A stretch of 64,000 bases of DNA from Mobula hypostoma (lineage: Eukaryota): assembly GCF_963921235.1 (NCBI RefSeq), contig NC_086097.1:157296001-157360000 (forward strand), read 5' to 3'. Positions 36,158-49,850 of the stretch are shown piece by piece (the stretch's first letter is position 1; each line of letters opens with the position of its first letter). The notes under the pieces are model-generated. The model searched no databases. It worked only from the letters and a program-made list of their open reading frames with translations, and was not told where the DNA came from. The position numbers and the translations under genes are program-made.

Positions 36158-36190
<33 letters not shown>
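36158..36190. repeat. (TG)16 microsatellite
   Basis: Read directly. Confidence 0.97.
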
Positions 36191-36194
<4 letters not shown>

Positions 36195-37347
36195 AAGTTG
36201 CCAGCTAAATTCAACATCAGGAGGTATGAACTGTCAGGAGTAAACAATAAAGAATGATAAATCAATAAAGAAGATATTACTGACAGATAATGTCTAATAA
36301 GTCTAAGGTTAAGCTTTCACAAATAGAGGGTCTGAGACTTGCAAAATTTTGATGACGGAAATTGCTTTCTTGATGATTGAACAAACGTCAGTGTGGAGTT
36401 TAGCTCTGTGTTAAACAGAGTTTTTAGTTTTCAAATTAGGGTGGAAATTCCATTATTTGTTCATCTGTTACCTAAAAACATTACCATCTAACAGGAACAT
36501 TTCCTGGACAAAACTCATGTAAACTATATGTGTCTCTCAAAGCTTCTGTTGAAGTAATATTTCATTTTTCCCCTCAGTAAATAAACTTACAGACAGTCAC
36601 TTCAGTTCTTTTTGTTTTAACTTTCTTTACTGAGCTTCTTTCCTAAGTGCTGCAGTATGATGTGTGAGTGAGCAAAATTTGGGCATCAGCCCAATTATCC
36701 CTTGGTTTGGGTTATCTTAAGGGAATGTGTTTCGTTGTGCAGCACAGTCACAATGCGCAAGTGAAGAATAGGCTCATAACACAAAACTGTTTCTAATTCA
36801 ACAATAATTGGCAATCTCATTCAGAGAGATCAAAGGTTAACTTGAAGTAAAGATGTAAGATATCATTCTGGTACAATAATGAGTACTGTTCAGATGCTGG
36901 TTCTGACGTACACCACTGAGAGAGAGTAAACAGAGCATTAGTCTGAGTATAACTGTATGACGCCAGCCTTGGAAACACTTACTGTGTCACTAAGTGACTG
37001 AAATATAAGTATTCTATTCCCCAGCACAGATACCTCTCATTTTGTTGATAAAAACAAAGAATCTGCACTGAAAAAGAGAGAACCAAGCTTACATTTCATG
37101 ACACAATGATGAATGGAATGCATAAACACAAAATAGAAATGTGCAAAAATAACAAACTCCAGAACAAAATATGTGCCTTTTGGGGCTGGATTTTCTGAAT
37201 TAAATTTAAGGTAAACAAACAATGTAACTTAAAATGCCAACACAAAACTACGTTATGGAAGTTTCACAGTCATCAATCAATTTTCAGCCAAATGTTTCCT
37301 TCATTGCTCAGGTGCAACATAATATGTCTCCCTCTTTTCTGATATCT

Positions 37348-40148
37348 GTTATCATGGCAACACCCCCTCGGGGAATGAAAACATTAAATTCTCTTGTGAT
37401 AGACAGTTGTTACATGGGCACTTTAAGAGCACAAACTGTAGTGCATTTTATATTTACATATTGCCCAAATATTTTGTTTGATTAAGCACTCTTTATTTGT
37501 TTAATTAATTCATTACAGATTATATGCAAAAACTACATGAATGGCATATGTCATTGCACAATCATGTTATATGTTCACCTCACTAAAGAAAGGGAAAGTA
37601 AAAATTAAGTCAACCAATTTCCCAATTCCCGTGTTTTCTTTTGAGAAGTTTTTGGAGTTACAAAACAAAAGATTAACGATGAGGTAGTTTTAAAATGAAC
37701 CTGAAATGACTACCTACCTGTTGAAGCGTAACATGTTTGAATTAAAAAATGCAGAAAATAAACAAAATTCATGGGTTCATAAACAGTGAGTATTAGGAGA
37801 TGATGATAAAATTTAAAAATGCAAAATTGTCTGTCCATATCAGGAAGATAGACATGTTCAATTCATAAGAGGTGGCTGTATCATGTATACTGAACAAATA
37901 TTGAAGGAAATGAAATAGCCACTGAAAAGTGAGTCCCAGTGTTACAGATTGTAATGGGTGGAAAAGTATACAGCATGCTTAGAAGTTTAACTGCTCCAAG
38001 CAAACCAGCTGATATTGTGAAAGTAATGCAGGAAAATTTAGAACCAAAACCACTGTTGATTGCAGAATACTTTAGGTTGTATAAGGATGATGAAAAGGAA
38101 AGCGAATCCATTTCAGTTTACACGGCTGAATTGAAGAAATTATCTGAGCATTGTCAGTTGAGTGATGGGTTTAATAATGCCCCAAGAGATTGCTTACTTT
38201 GTGAAATCTTACAAGAAAGCATTCAAAAAAGACTCCTAACTGAAGCAAAACTCACATTTAAAAGAGCTCTTGAAATCACTGTATCAATAGCAACAGCAGC
38301 CAGAAATGCAATTGAGTTGGAGTAAGGAATGGCAGTAAGTATAAACAAAATTGCAGCTTCTAGCCTGAGGCCGCCCTGGCCAAACAAATAATGTTCCCAT
38401 TGTGGCAGGGGCTCACATAAACAAGAGCAACCCAGATTTAGAGGTGAAACTTGCAAAAATGCAACAAAGTAGGACACATACAAAGTACATGATGAGCAAA
38501 CAAAAATTAAGTGGACTGTACAGGGAAGAGAAAAAGATTTTTAAAAAGTCTCAGTTTCAAAAAGAGCAATAATCTCCATGCTGTTTATGAAAAAGCTGAT
38601 AATGATGAGAGAGACACAGGACTTGAAATTTACAATGTCAAAACTAATAGACACACAAAATATATATATGAAGAGGACTGTCTAACACCCAATGTGCAGA
38701 GATTAAAAAAAACACATCATGCTCACAAAAAAAGAATAAAATATCACCCAATGACCATTTTTTTTTTAAAATCATGCAAACAGTAACTTCAAGACCCACT
38801 TCTTCTGGCAGATAGAGCGCAGGTGCTTAGCAAAGCTGTCTCCCAATCTATATCGGGTCTCATTGGTATACAGCAGAACCAAACCAGGAGTATCAGACAC
38901 AGAATATGACCCCAGCAGACTCATAGGTGAAGTGTCGTCTCACTTGGAAGGACTGGTTGGGGCCTTGAATAGTAGTGAGGGAGGAGGTGTAGGACAGATA
39001 AGTAATGTGGCTTACACCAGAAGTAAACAGCAAACTAATTAAAAGGGAATTGGACTCTGGCTCAGCTGTTTTAGTCATTCCACAAAATGAGTTTGAATGG
39101 TATTTTGAAGGTACTGAACTGAATCCTGTAGCTATCCTACTAAAAAGTTATACTGGAAAAAGATAACTCCTGTGGGAATGACGTTTGTAATAGTAAAATA
39201 CAACAACCAACAAGCCACATTGGGTTTGTATGTGGTATAAACAGGAGGGTCAGCATTATGGAGATGTGATTGGCTGAGACAAATACAACTTTATTGGACA
39301 TACATTCACCATTTGCATGCCACATTCCCTGCAACAGAGTCAACTTAAAAGCAAATTAAGAAAGGTACTGGATGATGCAATAGCAGTGTTCAAGGATAGC
39401 ATTGAAGAACTCAAACTCAAGAGTAAACTAGTGTTAAATGAAAATGCCACACCCAAGTTTTACAAAACCAGTCCAATTACTGACAGTATACCGTCTGTGA
39501 TAAAGTAGTCAGTGAGCAAGATCACATGGAGGCCAAAGGAATTCTTTCCAAGGTTGAGTGGAGCCCATTAGCAACACCAGTGGTCCCAGTAGCCAAAAAG
39601 GATAGATCTGCAGGGATCTTTCATCAATCCTGTACTGAAAGTAGATCAATATCCTCTGCCCGGAATAGAGGATATTGTTGCACACTTTTTGGAGGAAAAC
39701 ATTTCAGCAAAGTAGACTTAGCTGAAACCTACCTACAAATGGAGATGGAAGAAAAGTCTAAACTGTTTCTCACCATAAGCATTCACTAAGGGCTTTATCA
39801 CTATAATAGGCTTATTTTTGGAGTAGCATTTGCACCTGTATTCTGGCAGAAAGCCATGGACGAGGGGCTGCAAGGCTGCCTGGGCTGGATGACATAATTG
39901 GTACTTGTGTGGAAGATAAGAAACATTTCCAACATATCAAGTTACTGTTAAAAAAGATTAGAAGATGATAGATTCAAAGCATAACACAACAAGGATGAAA
40001 TCTTAAAATGAAGCATCTCTTGCCATGATCACACCATTGATGCACAAGATTTACACAAGTGTACCAAGAAAATTCAGGCATTGGACAATGCCCCAAGTCC
40101 AAAGGATGTGTCACAGTTGCAGTCCTTTATATGAATTGTCAATTACCA
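37348..40148 (+). mobile_element. Gypsy LTR retrotransposon relic (possible 5' LTR, gag, protease, RT); 3' half absent
   Basis: gag ESISVYTAELKKLSEHC and degenerate zinc knuckles (~38390-38490); protease ELDSGSA (~39048); [35 protein letters not shown] limits are uncertain. Confidence 0.85.
38795..38998 (-). mobile_element. Penelope GIY-YIG fragment inside the Gypsy relic
   Basis: IQGPNQSFQVRRHFTYESAGVIFCV, homologous to 11450-11640. Confidence 0.85.
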
Positions 40149-42235
40149 TACTGTGCAAAAGTCTTAGGCACTGTAGATTTTAATGTAAATTTTTTTTAGA
40201 TTTTTATTTGTGTTTTGTCTTCTGCATTTGTGTATCTGTAGAAAAGAGCAAATTTCAGACTTACAATTATTTATTTTTCAAAAAAATTTATATATTACAG
40301 ACAAATTTGTGTATTTTGTTAAAGAAAGTAATATAATAAGTAATGGGCTGCTCTTTGAACAAAAACTTGATTATTTTGTAGGTACTGTCTATAGTCCAGT
40401 ACAAGATTAAACAAAGATAACAAACAGGTGCTAGTGATCAATGATATAATGAGCTGAATGAAGCAAACTGATAAACTGAAATGGAAATGGGTGTAGAAGA
40501 AATCAAATTGGGCGAAGAACAACCAAACTAAAAGGTGAGCGTGTTGGCAGATGTGACAGTTTAACCTTCAAATCCTTATTCCTGCACCATTGCATCAGTG
40601 AGCATAGCAACCAGATACAAGGTGGTCATCCTGCATCAGCAAGGTCTCTCCCAAGAAATTTTGTGGTATACAGGAGTTTCAAGATGTATTTCAACACACT
40701 ACGTGAAAAGGAATTTGGTAAGTTTTGTTGGGCCGAATGGCTATTTCTTGTTAAAAACCTTCTAATGCTCTAATGATCTATCCAAGGTCTTAAGAAATGG
40801 GCAAGGTTAGGAACAGAAATGCAGTGGCTGGTCTCGGAAACTGAGTGCAAGGGACAAGAGATATATCAAACTGATGCACTTTCAAAATTGGAAGAAGTCC
40901 AGCACTGCCACCAGCTCTGAACCCACTGGAACCTAAGTACACTCCACTACAGTCTAGAGAAATCTTGTTAGAAATGATCTTCATGGAAGAGTTGCTAACA
41001 AAAAGCTGTTCCTTCAAAGTGGAAACAAAGTCAAGACACTAACCTGTGCACAAAAACACAAGGACAAATGTGCTGAACAATGGCAGCAAGTGCTCTGGAC
41101 CGACAAGTCAAATTTTGAAATGCTGATTCAAATAGGACGCAGTATGCCTGTAGAAGATCTGGAGAGTCCAACATTGATGAGAGCCTCCAGCCAACAATGA
41201 TGTATGGCGGAGGTTCCCTGCAAGTTTGAGGCTGCAAATGGAGTTGGTGATCTGGTCAGTATGAATGGAATCCTCAATGCTGAGAAGTACAAGCAGAGTC
41301 CAATGCATCACACAATTGCATCAGGGAGGTGTCTGATTGATCTCAGTTTCATTTTGCAGCAAGACAATGACTGCAAACACATGGCCAAGGCCATAAAAGC
41401 GATCTTCAGTGTAAAGAAGAACAAGGAGTTCTGCAATAGATGGTACAGACTCAAAAGAGCCCTGATATAGAAACATAAAAAAGCCTACAGTACAATACAG
41501 GCCCTTTGGTCCACAAAGCTGTGCCGTACATGTCCTTCCCTTTTTTTTCAGCCCCGTTTTGCATCCTATCAATGTCCCACTGTAACCTCTGACAGCCCTT
41601 TCACACTACCCACAACACCTCCAACCTTTGTGTTATCAGCAAATTTATTAACCCATCCCTCCATTTCCTCATCCAGGTCATTTATAAAAATCACGAAGAA
41701 TAGGGGTCCCTGAGGCACACTACTGGTCACTGGCCTCCATGTAGAATATGACCCACCTACAATCACTCTTTGCCTTCTGCGGGAAAGCCAATTCTGGATC
41801 CACAAAGCAATGTTCCCTTGGATCCCATGCCTCCTTACTTTCTCAGTACGCCTTGCTTGGAGGTACCTTATCAAATGCCTTGTTGAAATCCATATACACT
41901 ACATCTACTGCCCTACCTTCATCAACGTGTTTAGTCAAATCCTCAAAAAATTCAACCTCATTGAGGCTGCTTGCGATTACCTGGAGAGACTAAAGCAAGT
42001 GAAACTGCTAAAATCTGCAGAAGAACTGTGGTAATTTCTCCAAGATGCTTTAATCATCCTACCAACCAATTTTTTGTATAAAATTCCACGACAGTATACC
42101 CGACAGAACTGATGCAGTTTCAAATGCAAAAGGTAGTCACATCAACTATTGATTCGATTTAGTTTTTACCATTTACTGCTCTTTATAGTAAATATTTGAT
42201 ATTTAGAATTGTTTCATTTCTATTATTTTCGAATG
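40149..42235 (+). mobile_element. Tc1-family DNA transposon relic (DD34E type), interrupted twice
   Basis: Putative left TIR tactgtgcaaaagtcttaggcac; WQQVLWTD, GGGSLQV, FILQQDND.KH, SPD/NLIE, AKGSHINY*; no right TIR seen. Confidence 0.88.
41467..41952 (-). mobile_element. CR1 fragment with internal deletion, inserted in the Tc1 transposase
   Basis: WIQNWL..RRQRV, FINDLD, KFADNTK plus CR1 tail; similar to 27880-29537. Confidence 0.9.
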
Positions 42236-42314
42236 CAAATAGTATTAGTGGGTACAATAGTCAGCATGGAAATGGTGGGCCGAAGGACCTGTTTCTGTGC
42301 TATATGACACAATA

Positions 42315-43006
42315 TAGTTGGCCCTCCTTATCCATGGGGGTTTGGTTCCGGGACCCCCCTGCGGATACCAAATTCTGTGGAATCTCAAGTCCCGTATATA
42401 AAATAGCGTAGCATTTGCATATAACTTACGCACATCCTTCTGTATACGTTAAATCATCTCTAGATAATGTTATGTATATAGTTGTTATACTGTATTGTTT
42501 AGGGAATAATGCCAAGAAAAAAAAGTCTGTACATGTTCAGTACAGACGCAACCATCGTAGTTCTTCTGGGAATGCTGATGCTGCCTTGGCATCAGCTGAT
42601 CCTGATTCTCCCGTGATCTTTAAGTTCTTGAGGCTGTAGCACTTTACATAGCTAGCCAGCCATCCTTTAGTAGCCTTAAACTCCTTCATCTCGCTCATAA
42701 CACAAGTAGCGAACGAACGAGACACAAGGTGAACAATGCTTAAACAACAAGTAATATTTTTAATCATCTCTAGATTATAGTACTTGATGCTCCCTCTTAC
42801 CCTTTGAGGAATTGCTTTGACCACTTAATTGCTTTCTGGGAGCCATTTTTTCACAGAAACAAAGGGTGCTCACAACACAAGTAGCGACCAAATGAGACGG
42901 GAGGCGAGCAATGCTCAAACAACAAGTGCTGGAGAGAGAACTTCCAGGTTTTTTCTTCTGTCCTGATCCGCGGTTGCTTGAATCCGTGGATATGGAGGGC
43001 CGACTG
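42315..43006 (-). mobile_element. Tigger/pogo non-autonomous element
   Basis: TIRs tagttggccctccttatccatgg / ccgtggatatggagggccgactg flanked by TA; CENP-B-type fragment EFKATKGWL...KITGESGSAD. Confidence 0.9.
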
Positions 43007-43289
43007 TAATTCTATTTTATCTTCATGATTTCAGCACTTTACTCATCTTTCTTGTTGCCTCCATCTGTATAATATGCTGCTCATGCCTTGTCTCCTCATA
43101 GGCACCACTTCTGAATATGCAAATTCAGATTACGTGATTCTCATGTGTGATAAGTTTGATGAATTTCATATGGTCAAAAAATAGCTCAAGTTAAATTATA
43201 GCATAGTAGCCCAGGTCTACAGCTGAACAATGAGACACCTAAACTTGAACCCTGCCTATCAGGATGCCTTTAAAGTCCCTTTCATTCAT

Positions 43290-43740
43290 GAGTGGCAATT
43301 CTAAAGTGCAGGAACGTAAGAAGCTGCAAAGATTAGAGAATTCAGTCCAGTACGTTATGGGCACTCCCTTCCCCATGATCAGTGGTATTTACATGTCATA
43401 AAAATTGCTGACCATCCGGACTATGCCATATTCTTGCTTCTACCATCAAGCAGCAAGTACGGAAACCTGTAAGCTTCAAAAATGGCTACTCCCCTTCAAC
43501 TGTTTGGTTCTTGAACTATTCAGCCCTAATCACTACCACACTAAAGCAACACTATGACCACTTTGCAACATATTTGGTCTAATTGTATTTTTTCTTGGAT
43601 AATTTATATAATTTATGTTTTCTTTCTTGTAAATGTTGTAATTTGAATTCCATCTGCTTGTCATGCTGCTCAAGTAAATTTTTCACTGCACCTGTGCATA
43701 CATGAACCTGTGCAGATGACAATAAGCTCAGTTTGACTGT
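43290..43740 (+). mobile_element. Degraded Rex/Babar 3' end
   Basis: ERKKLQ..., HPDYAIFLLLPSSSKY (HP..LF.LLPSGRRY-like), gacaataa tail. Confidence 0.65.
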
Positions 43741-44459
43741 GTGCCCTAACCATGGATAGGTGATAAATGTTAACCTTGCCAGTGATACTAATGCCTTAAA
43801 ATCAAATCAAAGATTATCCCCTTACAGTTATCTTTCCCTCTCAAGCCTCAAAGTGAAGAAATGTTTGGATATTTGCATTGTGAGTGGTGATCAGTAAGCG
43901 TAAGTTTTCTGTATGTTTGCAAATCCAGACTTTCAGCCCAATTACGGATTGAAAAACATACAGATATTTCATGCCAAAATATCAAAAAACATATCATAGA
44001 CAGGATTTGCCAATCTGTAGTCTGGATTTCTCTGATTTTTACTTGAATTGAGTGATCATTAGTGAGCTGATAATGCTGCAAAGCCTCTAAGAAGTTTAAA
44101 AGAGTACATTTTAATTTCCTAATGGTTAGTTCATTCAGTTAATATTTGTGCTACACAGTAGGACATATGAAAATATTGTGCAGGAAACAGTGTCAAATAT
44201 TTGGGACCAAATGATTTACACGATTGATAGATACTATTGATATTGAAAGGCTACTCTGGGGGTATTAATCAAATCTATTTCTGTAATTAAGAAGTGTAGT
44301 AATTGAATGTAGTGATCCTTGAGTTCTTGAGTTAGTCCTGGGGAATTGATCTAAAGTTGCATATTTGAATTAAAATGAGGAATTTTAAATCAGGTAAGGA
44401 TTTAATGCCGGAGCCCAGTGGGGCAAGACCCAGTGTTAGGACAATTTATACACCAGCCT

Positions 44460-44888
44460 AGGTAGGCTGGAAAGGCATGGTGCCGGGACCAGAAGTGAGG
44501 TTCGGGCCGATTTCACTCACTTTCCCAAGATGTTCACTCCTCTCTCCTCAGCACTGAGGCTCTGAGTCTGTACCCACTGCTATGCACTTTGTGTCTGTGA
44601 GCTTCATGGCGAATTGCTCCGCTACATGAAGAACTTGAGACTGAGGATTTGGGCCTACTCCAGCTGCTCTGGGGATTTGCGTCTGTGGACTCAATTTGGT
44701 TCTGAAAGTGGTTGCTTGCTTTATTGTTTGCATGATTTGTGTTTCTTTTCCTCTTTCGTTGTCCATTGAGTGTTGATCTTTTATTTTCAATTTGGTTCTT
44801 GCGGGTTTCTTGCTTTGTGGCTGCCTGTAAGCAGACAAATCTCAAGGTTATATAATTTATACGTATTTTGTACTTTGAATCTTTGAAT
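44460..44888 (+). mobile_element. Unclassified non-coding repeat with a LINE-like tail (uninterrupted copy)
   Basis: Homologous to 18957-19220 plus 20588-20750; ends aatctcaagg...tactttgaatctttgaa. Confidence 0.75.
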
Positions 44889-45559
44889 GACCCTTTGTTG
44901 TCTTAATTTCCATTCCCATTGGTATCTTTATACATATTACTGCAATGTTAGTTGTCAAAAAATTATCTTTAAAGAAAATTTGAAAATCGGAATATTTTAT
45001 ACTGATGGGACACTAACCTTTAAATAGCTGGATGAGTTTAAATGTGTTTAATAATAGAATTCTGAGCACTTTTCATAAGATCAGGGCACAAAATTATGCA
45101 AGATGGCAATCCACAACACAGCAGATAATTGTTCTCTCTACTCCTATTAACAGAATACTTTAGAAGTCTACAAGGGTTCAATGAGAAGAAGAGGGCCAAA
45201 TACAGGGCTTGCTCTGTATCATGGTTAGCAGGAGTGAGTAGATGACTCTGGTTTTATTGGCCAAGGTGAGATGTCTAAGAAATGGTGCAAATGGCCATAT
45301 TTCAAATGGGAACTTGTAGAATGCTTTGGGCAAGGTGTTGAAGAAGAAATCTGATACGGCAGTTGAGCATGGCTGTGAAGACATGGTCATCAGGAAATCT
45401 TATGGACAACACCAGTACTGAAAAAAATGTATCTTACTAGTCCTAGAGATATAGTATTGAGAAAGGCTTTTTAGTTTAACATGTGCTGACCATTAAGCGC
45501 TGAATTTACTCTAATCACACCCTAACCCATTTTACTCTCCCTAAAGTCCCATCAACATC

Positions 45560-45760
45560 CCTCCCATCCACCAGACTTACAATGGCTAAGTAACTTCCTA
45601 ACTCAAATATCTTCATGATGTTGGGGGAATCTGCAGCACCTGGGTTAATTTACAAGGTCGTAGGGAGAATATGTTGACTTCACACAGACAGTATCAGAGG
45701 TCAGGAATGAACCCCTGTTGCAGGAGCTGTGAAGCAGTAGGTGTACTAGCTGCACCACTA
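45560..45760 (-). mobile_element. tRNA-derived V-SINE-like copy
   Basis: tggtgcagctagt A-box-like, ggttcattcc B-box-like, degenerate V core. Confidence 0.55.
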
Positions 45761-45794
45761 TAAACAGAAAAAAAAATACAAGCCAAGAATAGAG

Positions 45795-46300
45795 CAACAA
45801 ATACAAAATGCTAGATGAACTCAGCACGCCAGTCAGCATCTGTGAAAATGGATAAACATGACGTTTAGGGTTGAGACTCTTCATCAGGACTGTAAAGGAA
45901 GGGGGGAGACGCCAGTATAAAAAGGTGGGGGGAGGGAAAGCAGGACAATCTAGAAGGTGAAAGGTGAAGCCAGTTGTGTGGGAAAGGTAAAATGTTGGTA
46001 GAGGAAGGAATTTGATGGAGAGGAGAGTGGGCCATGGAAAAAGTGAAGAAGGAGGAGGGGCAACAGGGGGAAGTGATAGGCCAAAGTGGAGAATAAAATA
46101 AGAGGGAAGGGGGAGGAGTAAAAGAAAAAAGAGAAAAAACACTGGAAGGAGAAATCAATGTTCACACCATCAGCTTGGAGGCTACCTAGACATAATATGA
46201 GGTGTTGTTTCTCCATCTTCAGTGTGGTGTCATCATGGCTGAAGAGGAGGCCATGGATTTACATGATGAAACAGAAATGGGAATGGGAATTAAATGCGAC
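45795..46300 (-). mobile_element. Penelope 3' region plus terminus
   Basis: MEKQHLILCLGSLQADGVNIDFS; minus strand cagtcctgatgaagagtctcaaccctaaacgtc. Confidence 0.85.
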
Positions 46301-47939
46301 AAATATGATACACTTGCCCAGTCACAAACTCCCTCACCTCCATTCAGGGCCCCAAATGGTTCTTCCAGGCAGAAGTGGGAGTTAATTGGCAGGATGCTCA
46401 TGCCAGTTCATATTTTTTGCACTCCTACTCATTACATGCACAGCACTACTAAAAGGGGATGAAGTTGCTTGCTCTTAGACAAGAACTACTGTAGCCATCT
46501 GGATTTGTAAAAGTGCATAATTTCTATGTAATTAAAAAGAATGACGTCTGAAATAAATATATAAGTCGAGTGTGAAAGGCAATTGCACATAAAATATTCA
46601 TACTCTTGCAAGGAATATTTAAATTAACCCAGTTCAATTTGTGAACTTTGTGTGGTGAAATTATTACCAGTCGTGAGATCTTTTTTCACTGCTTGTGGAA
46701 TCAGTAGGGATAACTGGATATTAGATTAGGAATATCATGGTTTGCACATTATGAATGCTGCAACATATTTCAATGATTGACTCATCCATTTTTGGTGGAA
46801 TAACCTCCATCACAAATCCTACAGTGATCCTTTTGCTTGCATTCAACTGCCGCAAAATATTGACTTGCAGGAGAGAGGATTGAATATTTAGCAAAGTAAC
46901 TTAAATTGAATTTTAAAGATCATTAACTGAATAGTCAATCAAGTAGCAATGGACTGAAATCAATCAAAAGTGAAGCAGAAATGAATATCACTGGAGTATT
47001 TTACTCCCAGAATATGAAATTGTTTCAATAATTTGTCAGATATGGAAATGATCTGGTAAAAATTCATGTTATTCAAAATAGTATTAAATCAGCGACTCAT
47101 CACATTATAATTATGAGCTTCAATGAGCAAGATGTCTTTCTCCACTTCTAGCACCATTTATTAACACTGAAAGCACTTTTTTTTTCCTAAAATTAAGTTG
47201 TGGTTTCAAACCTATCGTCAGAAAGATGAACACAAACATACTGAAAGAGCATGTTTTGAATGAAACATCAAATCAAGGCCCATTATGTTCTTGCACAGAT
47301 ATAAACAACTGCAAGACATTATTGCAAAGTTATCCTAGATGTCTTAATCAATATTTTTAGTCCACACCTGAATAGAACAATTAGCAGATTGCCACTAGAA
47401 TGAGCTTACTCTCTGGTAGTTGCCATTGCTTTTCCACCTCTTCATAATGACAATCAGCTGTAAGTCATTATTGTACAAATTAGTCTTGAGCGATGTGCTC
47501 AAGATCATTGCTCAATGATCATTCTTTTTCTAACTTATTGTAACATGATCCCTAACAAGGAACAAATAAGACTTAATTGACAATCATCAAATCTCATTTT
47601 TTTTATATAAAGAGGTTATGTGGCAGTTCTGATTATCAGTAATTCTAAAGGATAGTTGTACAAAGGAAAGTAATCATCCTGATATTAAAAAAAAGAACAG
47701 GAGAAGGTCAAGTTTGCTCTTTACTTCAGTATGAACATTGATGATCTTATCCTGTGTCCACTTTCCAGTTCAGTCTTCATCCCACTTGATTCCACCATAT
47801 ACCCATAAAAGAAGAGGATGCATTTAATCCTCCAGGTCCATTTTGGCTCACCTCACAAACCTATTTCCCATCTCTTTATTTCCTTGCACCCTTCAAAATC
47901 CTCTCTCATTTACCCACAAATTCCCGCACTGTTTTTTTT

Positions 47940-48140
47940 GCCATTACACTATAGCAACTTACATAAAGCTATTGACCTACCAGAACATTTGTGGAAAGTA
48001 ACTGGAGCATCCAGAGAATATTTAAGTAGCCATAAAGGGAATGAGTAAACTCCACACCTCCCATCTCTGAGGCTAGCATCAAAGTTTCCTTGCTGGAGCT
48101 TCGAGGCAGCAGCTTGAATTGATGCTCTACCATGCCCCAC
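47940..48140 (-). mobile_element. tRNA-derived V-SINE-like copy
   Basis: Minus strand tgtggagtttact...ctggatgctccagttactttccaca. Confidence 0.5.
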
Positions 48141-49619
48141 CTTCTTTTCAAAATGTCTGTTGAGTATCCACAAGCCCCAAGAGTAAAGAACTCTATTGAT
48201 TCACAACCATATGAAAGTAAAGACTTTTCAATTCTGAAGAATTGATACCATATCGAGAGGTGAGTCCCCAAGTTTTTTTATTCTGCAACAAGTAGGTAAC
48301 AGCTCCTCAGAATCTACTCTATCAAATCTTTTCAGAAATTGAAGTTTCAAATGAGATTGTTTCTTATTTCTGTAACCTCATGAAAGTTAAGGCCTGCATC
48401 ACTAATTACCCCAGGAACTGAAGTGACTTTTCACTGAAGGTGTGATGGCAAACATTTGTGTCACATTGACCATCAATTTGAGCATGAAGCCACCTAACCT
48501 CTGGGTATCAGTAGAGGCAAGGTTGGAAAAGACTTGTCTTTTGAAAATCTACTTATTCTAGATTTTTAATCAAGAACAATATTTTAAATAAAATGTCCAT
48601 TCACTTCCAGCCAATGTTGTAGGATTAAATAAAATATAGATGATCAGCAGATCAGACAGCATCTGTGGAGTGTGGAGCAAATGTTAGCTGACCAGGTTGA
48701 TGCGGGATAAATCACTAATTTTGTTTCCTTGCCAACAAATGCTGCTTGATTTACTGCACTTCCTGCTTTTCCTTCACATCTCCAACACCCATTGTACATA
48801 TGTTGCCTTTTGATAATCAGATGATGGTTGCAGAATTTGTGTGGTGGTGTGCTAAAATGATCAAGATGTCCCATCAATGGAAAGAGGGGCGAAACTGCAC
48901 TCAATACCTGGATTAATTGCCCCACTGTCTGAACTAAAGAGCTACAGGATTGATGGGAGCCATAGGGAGAATATTGGAGGGTTTCCTAGGCCAAAAATAG
49001 CAACATTTATCCACTGCCTTTGTAGCAGCTGCAAATGTCTGGCCACAACCATGACAAGGCGTGATCTTCATTGGCACAGTTTTATTGAGGTTGTGTGGTA
49101 CAAGCAGTACTAAATCGCACAGATGGTACAAACAGTAACCTGATGTGATTTTTACTGGTTTTAATCTTCTCAGGGTAGAAAGTCCAGCAGGCACAAGAAT
49201 GGGCCAGTTAGAGAAAGCAATAGGCTGGTCAGTCATAAGAAGTTGAGGCAATAATGATACATCATAGTAACCTTTGTCCACCACCTCAGCTGCATCCTCT
49301 TTCTCCTTCCAGCCTTGACACTTCCTCATCTTGCTCAATGACCACTCTCCTCCCAGTCCCAGCAATAACTCAGGATAGCTGATGATTGTCCTTGGTATAA
49401 TACTTTCTCTCTTCCTTTGGTCGCTTTTCACTTTTCGCCTGGGGCATTGTCTCAGGTTTGAGGATAATTTGCTTCCAGTTTAGTTTTGTGGGTTCTGATG
49501 AGACCAATGCAGAAGCCACAGACTCATCATCAGATGGGTGAGGAGGTGACTAATCAGGCAGGTGAAAGGGCAGTTTGTGCCCCTCCATTTATGTAAAGCT
49601 CTGTATACTCCTAATACTC

Positions 49620-49850
49620 AGATAAGAGATTGAATTATACAGCACAGGTACAGACCCTCAGCCCAATTTATCCATGCCAACCAAAGTGCCTCTCTGTTAT
49701 AGCCCCATTTGCCTGCATTTGTTCCATATCTTCTTAAATGTTTCTTATCCATGAACATGTCCAAGAGTATTTTAAACATTGTAATTGTTCCTGCCTCTCT
49801 GGCAGCTCCTTCCATTTACTCGCCACTGTCTGTGTGGGAAAATCTTGCCT
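49620..49850 (-). mobile_element. CR1 3' tail
   Basis: EAGTITMFKILLDMFM...YG.NAGKW plus tail. Confidence 0.7.

Noticed and set aside
47410..47457. 48-nt candidate minus-strand exon (ttacag...gtaagc) with two open frames
   Set aside because: Weak polypyrimidine tract, no recognisable peptide and no supported partner exons; needs RNA-seq.
48934..49431. 165-aa ORF in apparently unique sequence
   Set aside because: Non-ATG start, no recognisable domain, no supporting gene structure.
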